DNA of 64,000 nucleotides from Anaeromyxobacteraceae bacterium (GCA_032654565.1 JAULAX010000007.1:96001-160000); one strand, 5' to 3'; positions 21,716 through 32,503 are shown, counted from the stretch's first letter. Numbers and translations are program-made. The notes: generated by a model not told the origin, from the letters alone.

Positions 21716-22486
21716 TCAGTCGTGCAGCTGCACCAGCACGCAGGTGATGTTGTCGACGCCGCCGGCGGCGTTGGCGGCGTCCACCAGCGCCTGGGACGCC
21801 GCCTTCAGGTCGCGCTGGTGCTGCCGGACGATCTCGGCGATCCGCTCGTCGGGCACCATCCCGGAGAGGCCGTCGCAGCAGAGCAGGATGACGTCGCCGG
21901 GGCGCAGCGGCTCGCGCTGCAGGTCCACCTCGACCTGGTCCTTCATCCCCAGCGCCCGCACGATGACGTTCTTGTGGGGGAAGTTCTCGATCTCCTCCGG
22001 CGTCAGCCGGCGGGTCCGCAGGTAGTCGTTGAGCAGCGAGTGGTCGTCGGTGAGCTGGCGGATGGTCCCCTGCCGGACCAGGTAGGCGCGGCTGTCGCCG
22101 ACGTGGCCGATGATCACCGACTCGACCGCCTTGTCGAAGTGGGCGCAGACCAGCGTGGTCCCCATGCCGCGCAGCCGCTCGTCGGTGCCGGCCCGCTCCA
22201 GGATGCGCAGGTTGGCGAGCCGCACGCCGGTGAGCAGCCGGTTCTCGTCGAGGCGGCGCCCCGGCTCGCCGGCGAAGGGCCAGGTGGCCTCGTCGTCGCG
22301 GCCGGTGAGGCGGAAGAACTCGGCCAGCTCCTCGACGGCGATGCGCGAGGCCACCTCGCCGGAGGCGTGGCCGCCCATGCCGTCGGCCACGCAGTAGAGC
22401 TGCTCCTCGGGCAGGAGCAGGAAGGCGTCCTCGTTGTGGGCACGTTTTCTGCCGACGTCGGTGGTGCCGGCCACGGCGATGCGCAT
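21716..22486 (-). CDS. PP2C-type Ser/Thr phosphatase
   Basis: NEDA, VADGMGGH, GMGTT, HVGDSRAY, CCDGL and GGVDNIT motifs. Confidence 0.95.
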   Translation of the reverse strand: MRIAVAGTTDVGRKRAHNEDAFLLLPEEQLYCVADGMGGHASGEVASRIAVEELAEFFRLTGRDDEATWPFAGEPGRRLDENRLLTGVRLANLRILERAGTDERLRGMGTTLVCAHFDKAVESVIIGHVGDSRAYLVRQGTIRQLTDDHSLLNDYLRTRRLTPEEIENFPHKNVIVRALGMKDQVEVDLQREPLRPGDVILLCCDGLSGMVPDERIAEIVRQHQRDLKAASQALVDAANAAGGVDNITCVLVQLHD

Positions 22487-22508
22487 TTCTGAGGCCCCCG
22501 GTCGCGCG

Positions 22509-22537
22509 ACACTAATCGCGCCTCTGGTCGGGGTCAA
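22509..22537 (-). promoter_or_regulatory. sigma70-type promoter of the PP2C-RDD operon
   Basis: TTGACC-N17-TAGTGT on the minus strand. Confidence 0.55.
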
Positions 22538-22629
22538 ACGGCCGGGGCCCCGGTCACGGCCGCCTCGATCGGGGCCTCGACGCTCAGTTTCATTCGATCC
22601 CGGGGTAGGTTGAGGTAGGATAGCGGCCG

Positions 22630-24426
22630 ATGGGCCTCCTCGACCAACCGGGCGATCTCTCCAGCACCCCCTTGGCCGCACTCCTGCTCGAGCTGCTCAA
22701 CCTGCGCGCCGACGGCGTGCTCGAGGTGGACCACGGCGGCGGCATCTCCCGCCTCTGGTTCCGCGCCGGCCAGCCGGTCGGCGCCCAGGTGGCCACCGGC
22801 TTCCGGCCGCTCGGCCTGCTGCTCCTGCAGGCCGGCAAGATCGACGTCGACGCCCTCTCCCGCAGCCTCGCCGAGCTGGCCACGCGGCGCCGGCCCCAGG
22901 GGGAGCTGCTGGTGGAGATGGGCGTGGTCTCCCGCCAGGACGTGGAGGCGGCGCTCTCCGAGCAGCAGACCGGCTACATCTCCAGCATCGCCGCCCTCGA
23001 CCAGGGGGCCTTCAGCTTCGACGCCACCCAGCCGGTCCCGGAGTGGACCCGCGGCATCGGCATCTCGCCGCTGCGGACCATCATCGACGCCCTGGAGCGC
23101 CCCCAGGCCAGCGAGCTGGTGACCTCGGCGCTGCGGCCGGTGGCGCTGGGCGGGGTGCGCCTCGCCTCGGGGTACGCCGAGGTGGCCCAGGCCTTCGGCT
23201 GGGACCGGGTCGAGCGGCAGCTGGTGGCGCGGCTGGAGCACCCGCTCTCCCTCGAGTTCTTCTTCAGCGCCGAGGAGGAGGTGGGGCCGGAGCGGCGGCG
23301 GGCCATGCTCTCCGGCCTGCTGCTGCTGGGGCTGGCCGTCCCCTCGGCCGAGTCGCCCCGGGCCACCGGCGACACCCTCGCCGGGCTGACCCTGGCCGGC
23401 GTCGCCGCCGTCGAGCAGCTGCGCGGGCAGCAGGGCGCCGGGGCCGGTCCGTCCGGCGCGCCGCCGCCCGCCGACGAGGCGCCGCCGCCACGCTGGACGC
23501 CGCCCCCGTTCCAGTCGCCGGCCACCCCCGGCTCGCCCTCGCCGGGCTCGCCAGCCGTCCCGCTGAAGCGGAGCGATCCGGCCGAGGCGCGGGCCCGGCG
23601 CCAGCGCCTGCTGGCCAAGGCCATCCAGAACATGGGGGTGGGGCCGTTCAGCCGGCCGGGCGAGGCGAGGGCCGCCACGCCGCCCCCCGGCAGCATGGGG
23701 CGGGTCCCGGGGCCGGCCGTCATCAGCCCGGCCGACGCCGCGCTCCGCGCCGCGCTGCTGGAGATCGCCCCGCGCGCCGAGGAGCGCAGCTACTTCGTCC
23801 GGCTCGGGCTGGCCGAGACCGCCGGCAAGGAGGACGTCAAGGCCGCCTTCCTGGCGCTGGCCCGGCAGTTCCACCCCGACCTCTTCGCCGGCCCGGCCAT
23901 GGCCGACATGCAGGACAAGGTGCGCGGCTTCTTCTCGGCGGTGAACGAGGCCTACCAGGCGCTCTCCGACGACAAGAAGCGGGCCCAGCACCTGGCGGCG
24001 CTGCGGAGCGGGGGGTCGGTCAACCCGCAGCGGGCCGAGGCGGCGCGGATCGACTTCCAGAAGGGCGAGGCCTGCCTGCGGACCCGCGACCCGGCCCGGG
24101 CCCGCGGCTTCCTCGAGTCGGCGGTGCGCGCCGATCCCCGCCCCGAGTACCAGGCGGCCCTGGCCCTGACCTACCTCGACCTGGGGGCCGGCAAGGACCT
24201 GGAGCGGGCCCGCGCCCTCGTCACCGCGGCCCTGGCCCACCCGGCGCTGGGCGGTCCGGGGAGCGACCGGGCCCACTACGTGGCCGGGCTGCTGGCCCTG
24301 GAGGGCGGGAACCAGGCCGAGGCGGAGCGGCAGTTCAAGGCCGCGGTGGCCGCCAACCCGCGCCACACCGAGGCGCTGCGGGAGCTGCGGGCCATGGAAG
24401 GCTGGCGGACCCGGGCGCGCCGGTAG
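22630..24426 (+). CDS. DUF4388-like + DnaJ (J-domain) + TPR protein
   Basis: N-terminal GDLSSTPL...GVLEV DUF4388-like pattern, J-domain with RQFHPD, C-terminal TPR-like helices. Confidence 0.8.
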   Translation: MGLLDQPGDLSSTPLAALLLELLNLRADGVLEVDHGGGISRLWFRAGQPVGAQVATGFRPLGLLLLQAGKIDVDALSRSLAELATRRRPQGELLVEMGVVSRQDVEAALSEQQTGYISSIAALDQGAFSFDATQPVPEWTRGIGISPLRTIIDALERPQASELVTSALRPVALGGVRLASGYAEVAQAFGWDRVERQLVARLEHPLSLEFFFSAEEEVGPERRRAMLSGLLLLGLAVPSAESPRATGDTLAGLTLAGVAAVEQLRGQQGAGAGPSGAPPPADEAPPPRWTPPPFQSPATPGSPSPGSPAVPLKRSDPAEARARRQRLLAKAIQNMGVGPFSRPGEARAATPPPGSMGRVPGPAVISPADAALRAALLEIAPRAEERSYFVRLGLAETAGKEDVKAAFLALARQFHPDLFAGPAMADMQDKVRGFFSAVNEAYQALSDDKKRAQHLAALRSGGSVNPQRAEAARIDFQKGEACLRTRDPARARGFLESAVRADPRPEYQAALALTYLDLGAGKDLERARALVTAALAHPALGGPGSDRAHYVAGLLALEGGNQAEAERQFKAAVAANPRHTEALRELRAMEGWRTRARR

Positions 24427-24531
24427 CGCCGCGGCCGTTGACGCTCCAACGGCTTCCTTGACTCAAGGGCGGTTGTGCGGCGTGATCACCCGGTTTTCGC
24501 ACCGCCGCGCCGTCCTGAAAGGCTCACCGCT

Positions 24532-26856
24532 TTGGCCAAGCAGCACCTCCTCCTCGTCGACGGCGATCCCAAGTCGCTGCGGGTCATGGAGGTCAGCCTC
24601 CGCAAGGCCGGCTTCTCCGTGACCACGGCGGTGCACGGCCGGGACGCGCTGGAGCGGTGCGAGGCGGGGCCGCCGGACCTGATCCTCTCCGACACCAAGA
24701 TGCCGGAGATGGACGGCTTCGAGCTGTGCCGGCGGCTCAAGCAGGACGAGCGGTTCCGCGCCATCCCCTTCATCTTCCTCACCGGGCAGAAGTCGGTGGA
24801 GTTCAAGGTGAAGGGGCTGGAGCTGGGCGTGGAGGACTATCTCACCAAGCCCATCTACATCAAGGAGATCGTCACCCGGGTGAAGATCCTCCTCGAGAAG
24901 CGCGAGAAGGAGCGGCTGGAGAAGAAGGACCTGCGCGCCAGCTTCAGCGGCAACCTCTCCGACATGGGGGTGGTGGACCTGGTCCAGACCCTGGAGATGG
25001 GGAAGAAGTCGGGGGCGCTCCACATCACCAGCGCGGCCGGCGCCGCGGTGGTCTTCTTCCGCGACGGGCGGGTGCTCGACTGCGAGCTGGGCAAGGTGAC
25101 CGGCGAGAACGCCTTCTACCGGCTGCTCAACTGGCAGGAGGGGGAGTTCGCCATCGAGTTCCGCGCCATCGAGCGGGACGAGCGCATCCCCTTCTCGACC
25201 CAGGGGCTGCTCATGGAGGGGATGCGGCGCATCGACGAGTGGGGTCGGATCGTCGAGCAGCTGCCGTCGCTGGACCTGGTCTTCGAGCTCGACTACGGCC
25301 TGCTGGCGGACCGGCTCGCCGAGATCCCCGACGACGTCAACACCCTGCTGCGGCTCTTCGACGGCCGTCGCACCCTCGGCCGGATCATCGAGGAGGCCGA
25401 CTACGACGACCTGGCCGCCGCCGGGGTCATCTCCAAGCTCTACTTCGAGAAGATCATCCGCGAGGTGGCCCGGCGCAGCGTCACCCGGCCGACCGCGCTG
25501 ACGCCCATCGCCGGCGGGATGCACGCCTTCCAGCCCCGGCCCGTCCCGTCGCCGTCCCCATCGCGGGTCGACTGGTCGGCCGAGCCGCTGGCGCCGGCCC
25601 AGGTCGAGGAGCCGCCGAGCCACGTCGAGGAGGAGCCGGCCCAGTTCGAGGAGCCGCTGCCCCACTTCGACGTGGACGAGCCGCCCCCGCCGATCTCGAC
25701 GCCGGTGGAGCCGCCCCCCGAGGCCTGGGCCAGCGCCGCCGCCCAGGTGGCCGCCGACGAGCCCGATCCGGAGCCGCCCCTCCGCATCCCCGGGGCCGCG
25801 CCCCGGCTCACCCCGCCGCCGGAGGCGACCCGGGGACCGGGGCCGGCCTACCGCTCGCCCAGCCAGTTCTCGCTGCCGCTGCCGGCCCCCGGCTCGTTCC
25901 CGCCGCCGCCCTCGTTCGGCGGCCCGTCGACCGAGAGCCTTCGCCACTACCCGCTCGATCAGGGCACGTCGCCGTACCTGCCGGCGGCGCAGCCGCCCGA
26001 GCCGGAGCCACGGGCGGCCACGCCGGTCGCGGTGCCCGTCGCGCCGACCACCCAGCCCGTTCCCGCGCCCACGGCCACGGCCACGGCAGTCGCGCCGACC
26101 GCACCGGCCGCGCCGAGGGGCCCGGCCCCGGCCCGGACCACCTCCACGACCCTGGCGGCGGTGGCGCCCCGCCGCTCGCGCGCCCTGCTGATCGGCCTGC
26201 TGCTGCTGGCGGCGGCCGCCGCCGGGGTGGTGGGCTGGCTGGCGGGCGGGAAGGGGACCGAACCGGCGCCGGTGGTGGCGGCGCCGATCCCGCCGACCCC
26301 GGAGCCCACGCCCGCACCGCCCCCCACGCCCGAGCCGGGTCCGTCCACGGCCGACGCGCAGCCCGCCCCGCCGCAGGCCGCGCCAGCTCCCGCGCCCACC
26401 GCCGCCCCGGCGACCCCGGAGCCGGCCGCACCCGCGCCGGCCGCCGCCGCCCCGGTCACGCCGCCGCCCCGGCCGGCCGCCGATCCGGCGGTCCAGGCGG
26501 AGCGGGCCCAGCGGCTGATCGCCACCGCCGAGAAGCGGTACGAGCGTGGCGACTTCGCCGGCGCCGTGGCCGACTTCCGCCGCTCGCTGGCCGTCAAGGC
26601 GACGCCGTCCGGCTTCGTCGGGCTGGGGCGCGCCCTGTACGACTCCAACCAGACCGCCGAGGCGCTCCGGGTGCTCGAGGGGGCCCAGCGGCTCGATCCC
26701 CAGTACGCCCCCGGCTGGCTGCTGCTCGGGGAGATCCAGCAGGGGGAGGGGAAGGTGGCCCAGGCCCGCGCCGCCTACACCCGCTTCCTGCAACTGCAGC
26801 CCACCGGGGAGCAGGCCCGCGCGGTGCGCGAGATCCTCGCCAAGCAGCTCCAGTGA
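24532..26856 (+). CDS. Response regulator: REC + DUF4388 + Pro-rich linker + TM + TPR
   Basis: LLLVDGD...[12 protein letters not shown]...YLTKP receiver; [21 protein letters not shown]4388; [21 protein letters not shown] helix; TTG start inferred. Confidence 0.85.
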   Translation: MAKQHLLLVDGDPKSLRVMEVSLRKAGFSVTTAVHGRDALERCEAGPPDLILSDTKMPEMDGFELCRRLKQDERFRAIPFIFLTGQKSVEFKVKGLELGVEDYLTKPIYIKEIVTRVKILLEKREKERLEKKDLRASFSGNLSDMGVVDLVQTLEMGKKSGALHITSAAGAAVVFFRDGRVLDCELGKVTGENAFYRLLNWQEGEFAIEFRAIERDERIPFSTQGLLMEGMRRIDEWGRIVEQLPSLDLVFELDYGLLADRLAEIPDDVNTLLRLFDGRRTLGRIIEEADYDDLAAAGVISKLYFEKIIREVARRSVTRPTALTPIAGGMHAFQPRPVPSPSPSRVDWSAEPLAPAQVEEPPSHVEEEPAQFEEPLPHFDVDEPPPPISTPVEPPPEAWASAAAQVAADEPDPEPPLRIPGAAPRLTPPPEATRGPGPAYRSPSQFSLPLPAPGSFPPPPSFGGPSTESLRHYPLDQGTSPYLPAAQPPEPEPRAATPVAVPVAPTTQPVPAPTATATAVAPTAPAAPRGPAPARTTSTTLAAVAPRRSRALLIGLLLLAAAAAGVVGWLAGGKGTEPAPVVAAPIPPTPEPTPAPPPTPEPGPSTADAQPAPPQAAPAPAPTAAPATPEPAAPAPAAAAPVTPPPRPAADPAVQAERAQRLIATAEKRYERGDFAGAVADFRRSLAVKATPSGFVGLGRALYDSNQTAEALRVLEGAQRLDPQYAPGWLLLGEIQQGEGKVAQARAAYTRFLQLQPTGEQARAVREILAKQLQ

Positions 26857-27854
26857 GAGTCCTCGGCATCGAGACCAGCTGCGACGAGACGGCCGCCGCG
26901 GTGGTGGAGGACGGCCGCCGCATCCTCTCCGACGTGGTGGCCACGCAGTTCGAGGTCCACCGCCGCTTCGGCGGGGTGGTGCCGGAGCTGGCCAGCCGCA
27001 ACCACGTGGTGCAGGTGATCCCGGTCATCGACGAGGCGGTCCGGGCGGCTGGCGGGCCGGGGGCCATCGACGCCATCGCCGTCACCAGCGGCCCGGGGCT
27101 GGTGGGGGCGCTGCTGGTCGGGGTGCAGGTGGCCAAGGGGCTGGCGCTGGGGTGGGACAAGCCGCTGGTGGGCGTCAACCACCTCGAGGGGCACCTGCTG
27201 GCCGCCTTCCTCGGCGAGGCGCCGCCCGAGTTCCCCTTCCTCGGCCTGGTGGTCTCCGGCGGCCACACCTCGCTCTACGCGGCGCGCGGCTTCGGCGACT
27301 ACCAGCTGCTCGGCGCCACCCGCGACGACGCCGCCGGCGAGGCCTTCGACAAGGGGGCCAAGCTGCTCGGCCTCCCCTACCCGGGCGGCGTGGCCATCGA
27401 CCGGCTGGCCCAGGGCGGCGATCGGCAGGCGGTCCGGTTCCCCCGCGCCGTGGTCAAGGGGGCCGACCTGGCCTTCAGCTTCAGCGGGCTGAAGACGGCC
27501 CTGCTCCACCACGTCCGGGAGCACGGCCTGCCCGAGGGGCAGGCGCTGGCCGACCTGTGCGCCAGCTACCAGGAGGCCATCGTCGGGGCGCTGCTGCAGA
27601 AGGCCATCCGCGCCGCGCGCCGCTTCCAGCTGCCGCGGCTGGTGCTGGCCGGCGGGGTGGCCGCCAACAGCCGGCTGCGGGCCGCCGCCCTGGAGCAGGC
27701 GGCCGGGTTCGCCGACCTGCGGGTCATCGTCCCGGTGGTGCGGCTCTGCACCGACAACGCCGCCATGATCGCGGTGGCCGGCACCCACGCCCTGGAGCGG
27801 GGCCGGCGCGCCGACGACCAGCTCAACGCCGACCCCGGCTGGCGGTTGACGTGA
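26853..27854 (+). CDS. tsaD: tRNA threonylcarbamoyltransferase TsaD
   Basis: [33 protein letters not shown] and CTDNAAMIA motifs. Confidence 0.97.
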   Translation: MRVLGIETSCDETAAAVVEDGRRILSDVVATQFEVHRRFGGVVPELASRNHVVQVIPVIDEAVRAAGGPGAIDAIAVTSGPGLVGALLVGVQVAKGLALGWDKPLVGVNHLEGHLLAAFLGEAPPEFPFLGLVVSGGHTSLYAARGFGDYQLLGATRDDAAGEAFDKGAKLLGLPYPGGVAIDRLAQGGDRQAVRFPRAVVKGADLAFSFSGLKTALLHHVREHGLPEGQALADLCASYQEAIVGALLQKAIRAARRFQLPRLVLAGGVAANSRLRAAALEQAAGFADLRVIVPVVRLCTDNAAMIAVAGTHALERGRRADDQLNADPGWRLT

Positions 27855-27882
27855 CCGCGGGCGACGCCACCGGGCGGCCGGC

Positions 27883-28761
27883 GTGAGCTACCCCACGCCG
27901 CGGGCGCTGCTCGACAAGTACGAGCTGCGCGCCAAGAAGAGCTGGGGGCAGAACTTCCTCGGCGACCAGGCGGTGCTCGACGACATCGCCCGGCTGGCGG
28001 CCCCCTCGGCCGGCGCCCGGGTGGTGGAGCTGGGGGCGGGCCTGGGCCACCTGACGGCGCGCCTGCTGGCCCGCGGCGCGGTGGTCACCGCGGTGGAGCG
28101 GGACCGGGACATGGCCCGGGTGCTGCGCGGCGAGCTGGGGGACCAGGTGACGCTGCTGGAGGCCGACGCCGCCCGCTTCGACTACGCCACCGTGGCCGGG
28201 GCCGGGGCGCCGCTCTCGGTGGTGGGCAACCTGCCCTACCACCTCACCTCGCCCATCCTCTTCTCCCTGCTCGACCAGCTCGGGCAGGTGGCCCGCGCCA
28301 CCTTCCTGGTGCAGCGCGAGGTGGCCGAGCGGCTGGCGGCCGAGCCCGGCGAGAAGAACTGGGGGATCCTCTCGGTCTTCCTGCAGCGCGAGGCCGACGT
28401 CTCCATCGAGCGGATCGTCCCCCCCGGCGCCTTCTTCCCGCCCCCGAAGATCCACTCGGCGGTGATCCTGGCGATCTTCCGGCCGCCGGCCCGTGGCTGC
28501 GAGGTGATCGACGTGGCCCGCTTCCGCCGGCTGGTGAAGGGCGGCTTCGCGCAGCGGCGCAAGACCCTGCGCAACGCCCTGGAGGCCTCACGGGTGGCCA
28601 CCCGTGAGCGGCTCGAGGCGGCGCTGGCGGCGGCCGGGATCGACGGAGGCCGGCGCGGCGAGACCCTGGAGATCGCCGAGTGGGCGGCGCTGGAGCGGGC
28701 CCTGGGGCCGGTGGAGGCCACGCCCGCGGGCCACGCCGCCGGCGCCGACGACTCCGAGTGA
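27883..28761 (+). CDS. rsmA: 16S rRNA dimethyladenosine transferase
   Basis: KKSWGQNFL, ELGAGLG, GNLPY and FAQRRKTLRN motifs. Confidence 0.96.
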   Translation: MSYPTPRALLDKYELRAKKSWGQNFLGDQAVLDDIARLAAPSAGARVVELGAGLGHLTARLLARGAVVTAVERDRDMARVLRGELGDQVTLLEADAARFDYATVAGAGAPLSVVGNLPYHLTSPILFSLLDQLGQVARATFLVQREVAERLAAEPGEKNWGILSVFLQREADVSIERIVPPGAFFPPPKIHSAVILAIFRPPARGCEVIDVARFRRLVKGGFAQRRKTLRNALEASRVATRERLEAALAAAGIDGGRRGETLEIAEWAALERALGPVEATPAGHAAGADDSE

Positions 28762-28767
28762 AAAGGC

Positions 28768-28838
28768 CACGGACGCCCGCCCCCACCAGTGCTGCCCGCC
28801 CCGCCCAGACCAACCCAACCCACGGACGGGCGTCCGTG
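28768..28838. terminator. Inverted repeat between convergent genes (possible terminator)
   Basis: CACGGACGCCCG...CGGGCGTCCGTG with an AAAA run on each side. Confidence 0.45.
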
Positions 28839-28851
28839 AAAACGAAGTGTC

Positions 28852-29151
28852 CTAGAGCCCCCCGCCACGCGCCGTGGCCAGCAGGAGCCCCATGTTGCGC
28901 GCGCCGTTCTCGCCGAGGTAGCGGCGGAAGGCGGCGGCGTCGAGCCGCATGGCCTGGATGGTGGCGGCGACGACCTGGTCGTAGCTGAGCGCGGTGGGCT
29001 TCTTCAGCTCCAGCGCGATCTTGAGGATGGCGCGGTGGAAGGACGGGTCGACGTCGTCGCAGGGGAGCGGCGCCGGCCGCGACCGGCCCTGCTCGACCGT
29101 CCTCTTCTTCGAGGCCACCACCTTCACCGCCGACTTTCGTCCCACCGGCAT
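28852..29151 (-). CDS. Hypothetical small basic protein
   Basis: 99 aa with coding-like codon usage and its own promoter; no motif recognised. Confidence 0.65.
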   Translation of the reverse strand: MPVGRKSAVKVVASKKRTVEQGRSRPAPLPCDDVDPSFHRAILKIALELKKPTALSYDQVVAATIQAMRLDAAAFRRYLGENGARNMGLLLATARGGGL

Positions 29152-29193
29152 CCTGGCAGCCTCCCCGGCTGATGCTCCGCCCAACGAGGCAGG

Positions 29194-29222
29194 ACGATAC
29201 GTTTCATGATCCGCGGAGTCAA
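29194..29222 (-). promoter_or_regulatory. sigma70-type promoter
   Basis: TTGACT-N17-TATCGT on the minus strand. Confidence 0.6.
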
Positions 29223-29430
29223 GCCATGCCGATATCGATTGAAAACACTTGGATGATCAAGCTCGTAGCGATGAGAGAGCTCCTATCCCCGTGATCCATG
29301 GATCATGGCCCCACGATCCAGATGTCAGGGGCGGGGAAGACGGCCGGCAGAGCCGGGCGGAGGCGCGCGGCGCCGGCCCAATCCAGGGGCCCCAACACCG
29401 CCCTCCTTTGGTACTCTCGGAACCCGCCCC

Positions 29431-30081
29431 ATGATCCAGACCGATCGGCCCCGGTACATCGCCATCGAAGGCCCGATCGGCGTCGGCAAGACCACGCTCG
29501 CCCAGATCCTGGCGGAGCGGGCCGGCGCCCGGCTGGTGCTGGAGCCGGTCGAGGAGAACCCCTTCCTCGCCCAGTTCTACGACGACGCCCGCAAGTACGC
29601 CTTCCAGACCCAGCTCTTCTTCCTGCTCTCGCGCTTCCAGCAGCAGCAGGCGCTCCACCAGCAGGAGCTCTTCACCCAGAGCACGGTGGCCGACTACCTC
29701 TTCGCCAAGGACCGCATCTTCGCCGCCCTCACCCTCGACCCCAACGAGCTGGCGCTCTACGACCGGCTCTACGGCGCGCTCGGGCCGCGGGTGATCAAGC
29801 CGGACCTGGTCATCTACCTGCAGGCCCGGGGCGAGGTGCTGCTGCAGCGGATCAAGCGACGCGGTCGGGCCTACGAGCGGCAGATCGACCCCGCCTACGT
29901 CGAGTCGCTGGCCACCGCCTACAGCGACTTCTTCTTCCACTACGACGACACGCCGCTGCTGGTGGTCAACACCAGCGACATCGACATCGTCGAGTCGGCC
30001 GAGGACGTCGAGGCCCTGGCCACGGTGATCCGGCGCCACCGGAAGGGGACGCAGCACTACCTTCCCGGCGGGAGCCGCTGA
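29431..30081 (+). CDS. Deoxynucleoside kinase
   Basis: IAIEGPIGVGKTT P-loop, FQTQLFFLLSR and PDLVIYLQA motifs. Confidence 0.93.
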   Translation: MIQTDRPRYIAIEGPIGVGKTTLAQILAERAGARLVLEPVEENPFLAQFYDDARKYAFQTQLFFLLSRFQQQQALHQQELFTQSTVADYLFAKDRIFAALTLDPNELALYDRLYGALGPRVIKPDLVIYLQARGEVLLQRIKRRGRAYERQIDPAYVESLATAYSDFFFHYDDTPLLVVNTSDIDIVESAEDVEALATVIRRHRKGTQHYLPGGSR

Positions 30082-30206
30082 GCGAACCCGCAGCGTTTTG
30101 ACGCGGCGCGTAGGTGACATTGCCGTCGCTCCGGATCTAGATTCGATCTTCTCCCTCCCCCTTCCAACGGGCGGGACCCCGCCAGGGGCCTGCACCAGAG
30201 GTCGGC

Positions 30207-31118
30207 ATGTCCACACAGAGCGGCCCACCCCCGCGCCGCATCACCGTCAACGAGCTGAAGCGGATGAAGGACCGCGGCGAGAAGATCGCCATGGTCACCG
30301 CCTACGACGCCACCGCCGCCCGGCTGGTGGGCGCGGCCGGCGTCGACGTCGTGCTGGTCGGCGACTCGCTCGGCATGGTGGTCCAGGGGCACGACTCGAC
30401 GCTCCCGGTCACGCTCGACCAGATGGTCTACCACTCGGCCATGGTCCGCCGCGGCCTGCAGCGCAGCGGCGCCGCCGCCCACCTGGTGGGCGACCTCCCC
30501 TTCGGCAGCTACCAGGCCAGCGCCGACGAGGCGGTCAAGGCCGCCATGCGCATGGTGGCCGAGGGCGGCGTCGAGGCGGTCAAGCTGGAGGGCGGCAGCG
30601 ACTACGCCGAGGTGGTGCGCCGGGTGGTGCGCGCCGGCGTGCCGGTGATGGGCCACATCGGGCTCACCCCGCAGTCGGTGCACAAGCTGGGCGGCTACGT
30701 GGTGCAGGGCAAGGACGCCGAGCGGGCCCAGCAGCTGCTGCACGACGCCCGCACCCTGGAGGCGGCCGGCTGCTACGCCATCGTCCTCGAGTGCATCCCC
30801 ACCGAGCTGGCGCGGATCATCAGCGGGCAGGCCGGGATCCCCACCATCGGCATCGGCGCCGGCCCCACCTGCGACGGGCAGGTGCTGGTGCTCACCGACC
30901 TGCTGGGCATGGACTCGAGCTTCACCCCCCGCTTCGTGAAGCGGTTCGCCGAGCTGGGCGCCGCCACCACCGAGGCGGTCGGCCAGTACGTCGCCGAGGT
31001 GAAGGCCCGGGCCTTCCCGGCCGACGAGCACAGCTTCCACTCCTCGGCGGTCCGGCTGGTGCCGGTGGCCGAGGACCCGCCCGAAGAGCTGCCCGGCGTC
31101 ATGGGCGCCCCGGTGTAG
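30207..31118 (+). CDS. panB: 3-methyl-2-oxobutanoate hydroxymethyltransferase
   Basis: VTAYD, LVGDSLG, VKLEGG and GHIGLTPQ motifs. Confidence 0.97.
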   Translation: MSTQSGPPPRRITVNELKRMKDRGEKIAMVTAYDATAARLVGAAGVDVVLVGDSLGMVVQGHDSTLPVTLDQMVYHSAMVRRGLQRSGAAAHLVGDLPFGSYQASADEAVKAAMRMVAEGGVEAVKLEGGSDYAEVVRRVVRAGVPVMGHIGLTPQSVHKLGGYVVQGKDAERAQQLLHDARTLEAAGCYAIVLECIPTELARIISGQAGIPTIGIGAGPTCDGQVLVLTDLLGMDSSFTPRFVKRFAELGAATTEAVGQYVAEVKARAFPADEHSFHSSAVRLVPVAEDPPEELPGVMGAPV

Positions 31119-31130
31119 ACTCCGCCCCCC

Positions 31131-32000
31131 GTGTCCCTCCCCCAGGTCTTCACCGATCCGGCCGCCTGGCAGGCGCGCTGTCACCAGGCTCGCGACGCCG
31201 GCGAGCGCCTGGCGCTGGTGCCCACCATGGGCTACCTGCACGACGGCCACCGCTCGCTGCTGGCCGAGGCGCGGCGGCGCGCCGACCAGGGCGGGCGGCG
31301 CGGCCTGGCGCTGGCCACCATCTTCGTCAACCCCACCCAGTTCGGCCCCGGCGAGGACCTCTCCCGCTACCCGCGCGACCTGGCCGGCGATCTCGCCACC
31401 TGCGAGGCGGCCGGCATCGACCTGGTGCTGGCCCCCGCCGACCCGGCGCTGGTGTTCGGGCCCGATCACCAGTCCTGGGTGACGGTGGAGCAGGCCAGCC
31501 AGGGGCTCTGCGGCGCCAGCCGGCCCGGCCACTTCCGCGGCGTGGCCACGGTGGTGGCCAAGCTCTTCAACCTGACCCGGCCGCAGGTGGCGATCTTCGG
31601 CCAGAAGGACTGGCAGCAGCTGGCGGTGATCCGGGCCATGGTCCGGGACCTGGCCTTCGGCATCGAGGTGGTGGGGATGCCCATCGTCCGCGAGGCCGAC
31701 GGGCTGGCCCGCTCCTCGCGCAACGCCTACCTGACGCCGGCGCAGCGCCCGGCGGCCCTGGCGCTGTCGGGCTCGCTCGAGGAGGCCGGCGCGGCGGTGG
31801 CGGCGGGCCGACGCCTGGCGGCCCCGCTGCTGGCGGCGGCGCGGCAGCGGCTGGCGGCGGCCGGGGCCCGCGTCGACTACGTGGAGATCGTCCACCCGGA
31901 GACGCTGCAGCCGGTGGCCGAGGCGGCGCCGGGCAGCGTCATGCTGGTGGCGGCCTTCGTGGGGACCACCCGGCTCATCGACAACCGGGTGCTGCCATGA
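31131..32000 (+). CDS. panC: Pantoate-beta-alanine ligase
   Basis: VPTMGYLHDGH, FVNPTQF, RPGHFRGV, FGQKD and RLIDN motifs. Confidence 0.97.
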   Translation: MSLPQVFTDPAAWQARCHQARDAGERLALVPTMGYLHDGHRSLLAEARRRADQGGRRGLALATIFVNPTQFGPGEDLSRYPRDLAGDLATCEAAGIDLVLAPADPALVFGPDHQSWVTVEQASQGLCGASRPGHFRGVATVVAKLFNLTRPQVAIFGQKDWQQLAVIRAMVRDLAFGIEVVGMPIVREADGLARSSRNAYLTPAQRPAALALSGSLEEAGAAVAAGRRLAAPLLAAARQRLAAAGARVDYVEIVHPETLQPVAEAAPGSVMLVAAFVGTTRLIDNRVLP

Positions 32001-32503
32001 GCAAGAAGGCCGGCGGGACCAAGAAGGGCGAGAAGAAGGCCGCGCCCGACGTGCAGGTGGTGGCCCGCAACCGGCGCGCCGGCTTCGACTTCGACATCGA
32101 GGAGCGGCTCGAGGCCGGGCTGGTGCTGCAGGGCAGCGAGGTGAAGTCGCTGCGCGCCGGCAACGCCAACCTCGCCGACGCCTACGCCCAGCCGCGCGGC
32201 GACGAGCTCTTCCTGGTCAACTGCCGCATCGGCGAGTACGACAAGGCCGGCCCCTTCGGCCACGCCCCCATCCGCGACCGCAAGCTGCTGGTGGGGCGCA
32301 GCCAGCTCGACAAGCTGGCCGGCAAGGTCGATCGCTCCGGCTACACGCTCATCCCCACCCAGATCTACTTCCGCGGCGGCTGGGCCAAGGTGGAGCTGGC
32401 GCTGGCCAAGGGGCGGACCCACGAGGACCGGCGCGGCGCCATCGCCGAGCGCGAGTCGAAGCGGGAGATGGACCGCGCCATGGTGCGCGGGCGCCGGCGG
32501 TAG
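31997..32503 (+). CDS. smpB: SsrA-binding protein
   Basis: NRRA, EAGLVLQGSEVKSLR and RKLL motifs; ATGA overlap with panC. Confidence 0.95.
   Translation: MSKKAGGTKKGEKKAAPDVQVVARNRRAGFDFDIEERLEAGLVLQGSEVKSLRAGNANLADAYAQPRGDELFLVNCRIGEYDKAGPFGHAPIRDRKLLVGRSQLDKLAGKVDRSGYTLIPTQIYFRGGWAKVELALAKGRTHEDRRGAIAERESKREMDRAMVRGRRR

Noticed and set aside
30082..30206. pan RNA motif upstream of panB
   Set aside because: I could not identify the tandem bulged-A hairpins; an Infernal search would be needed.
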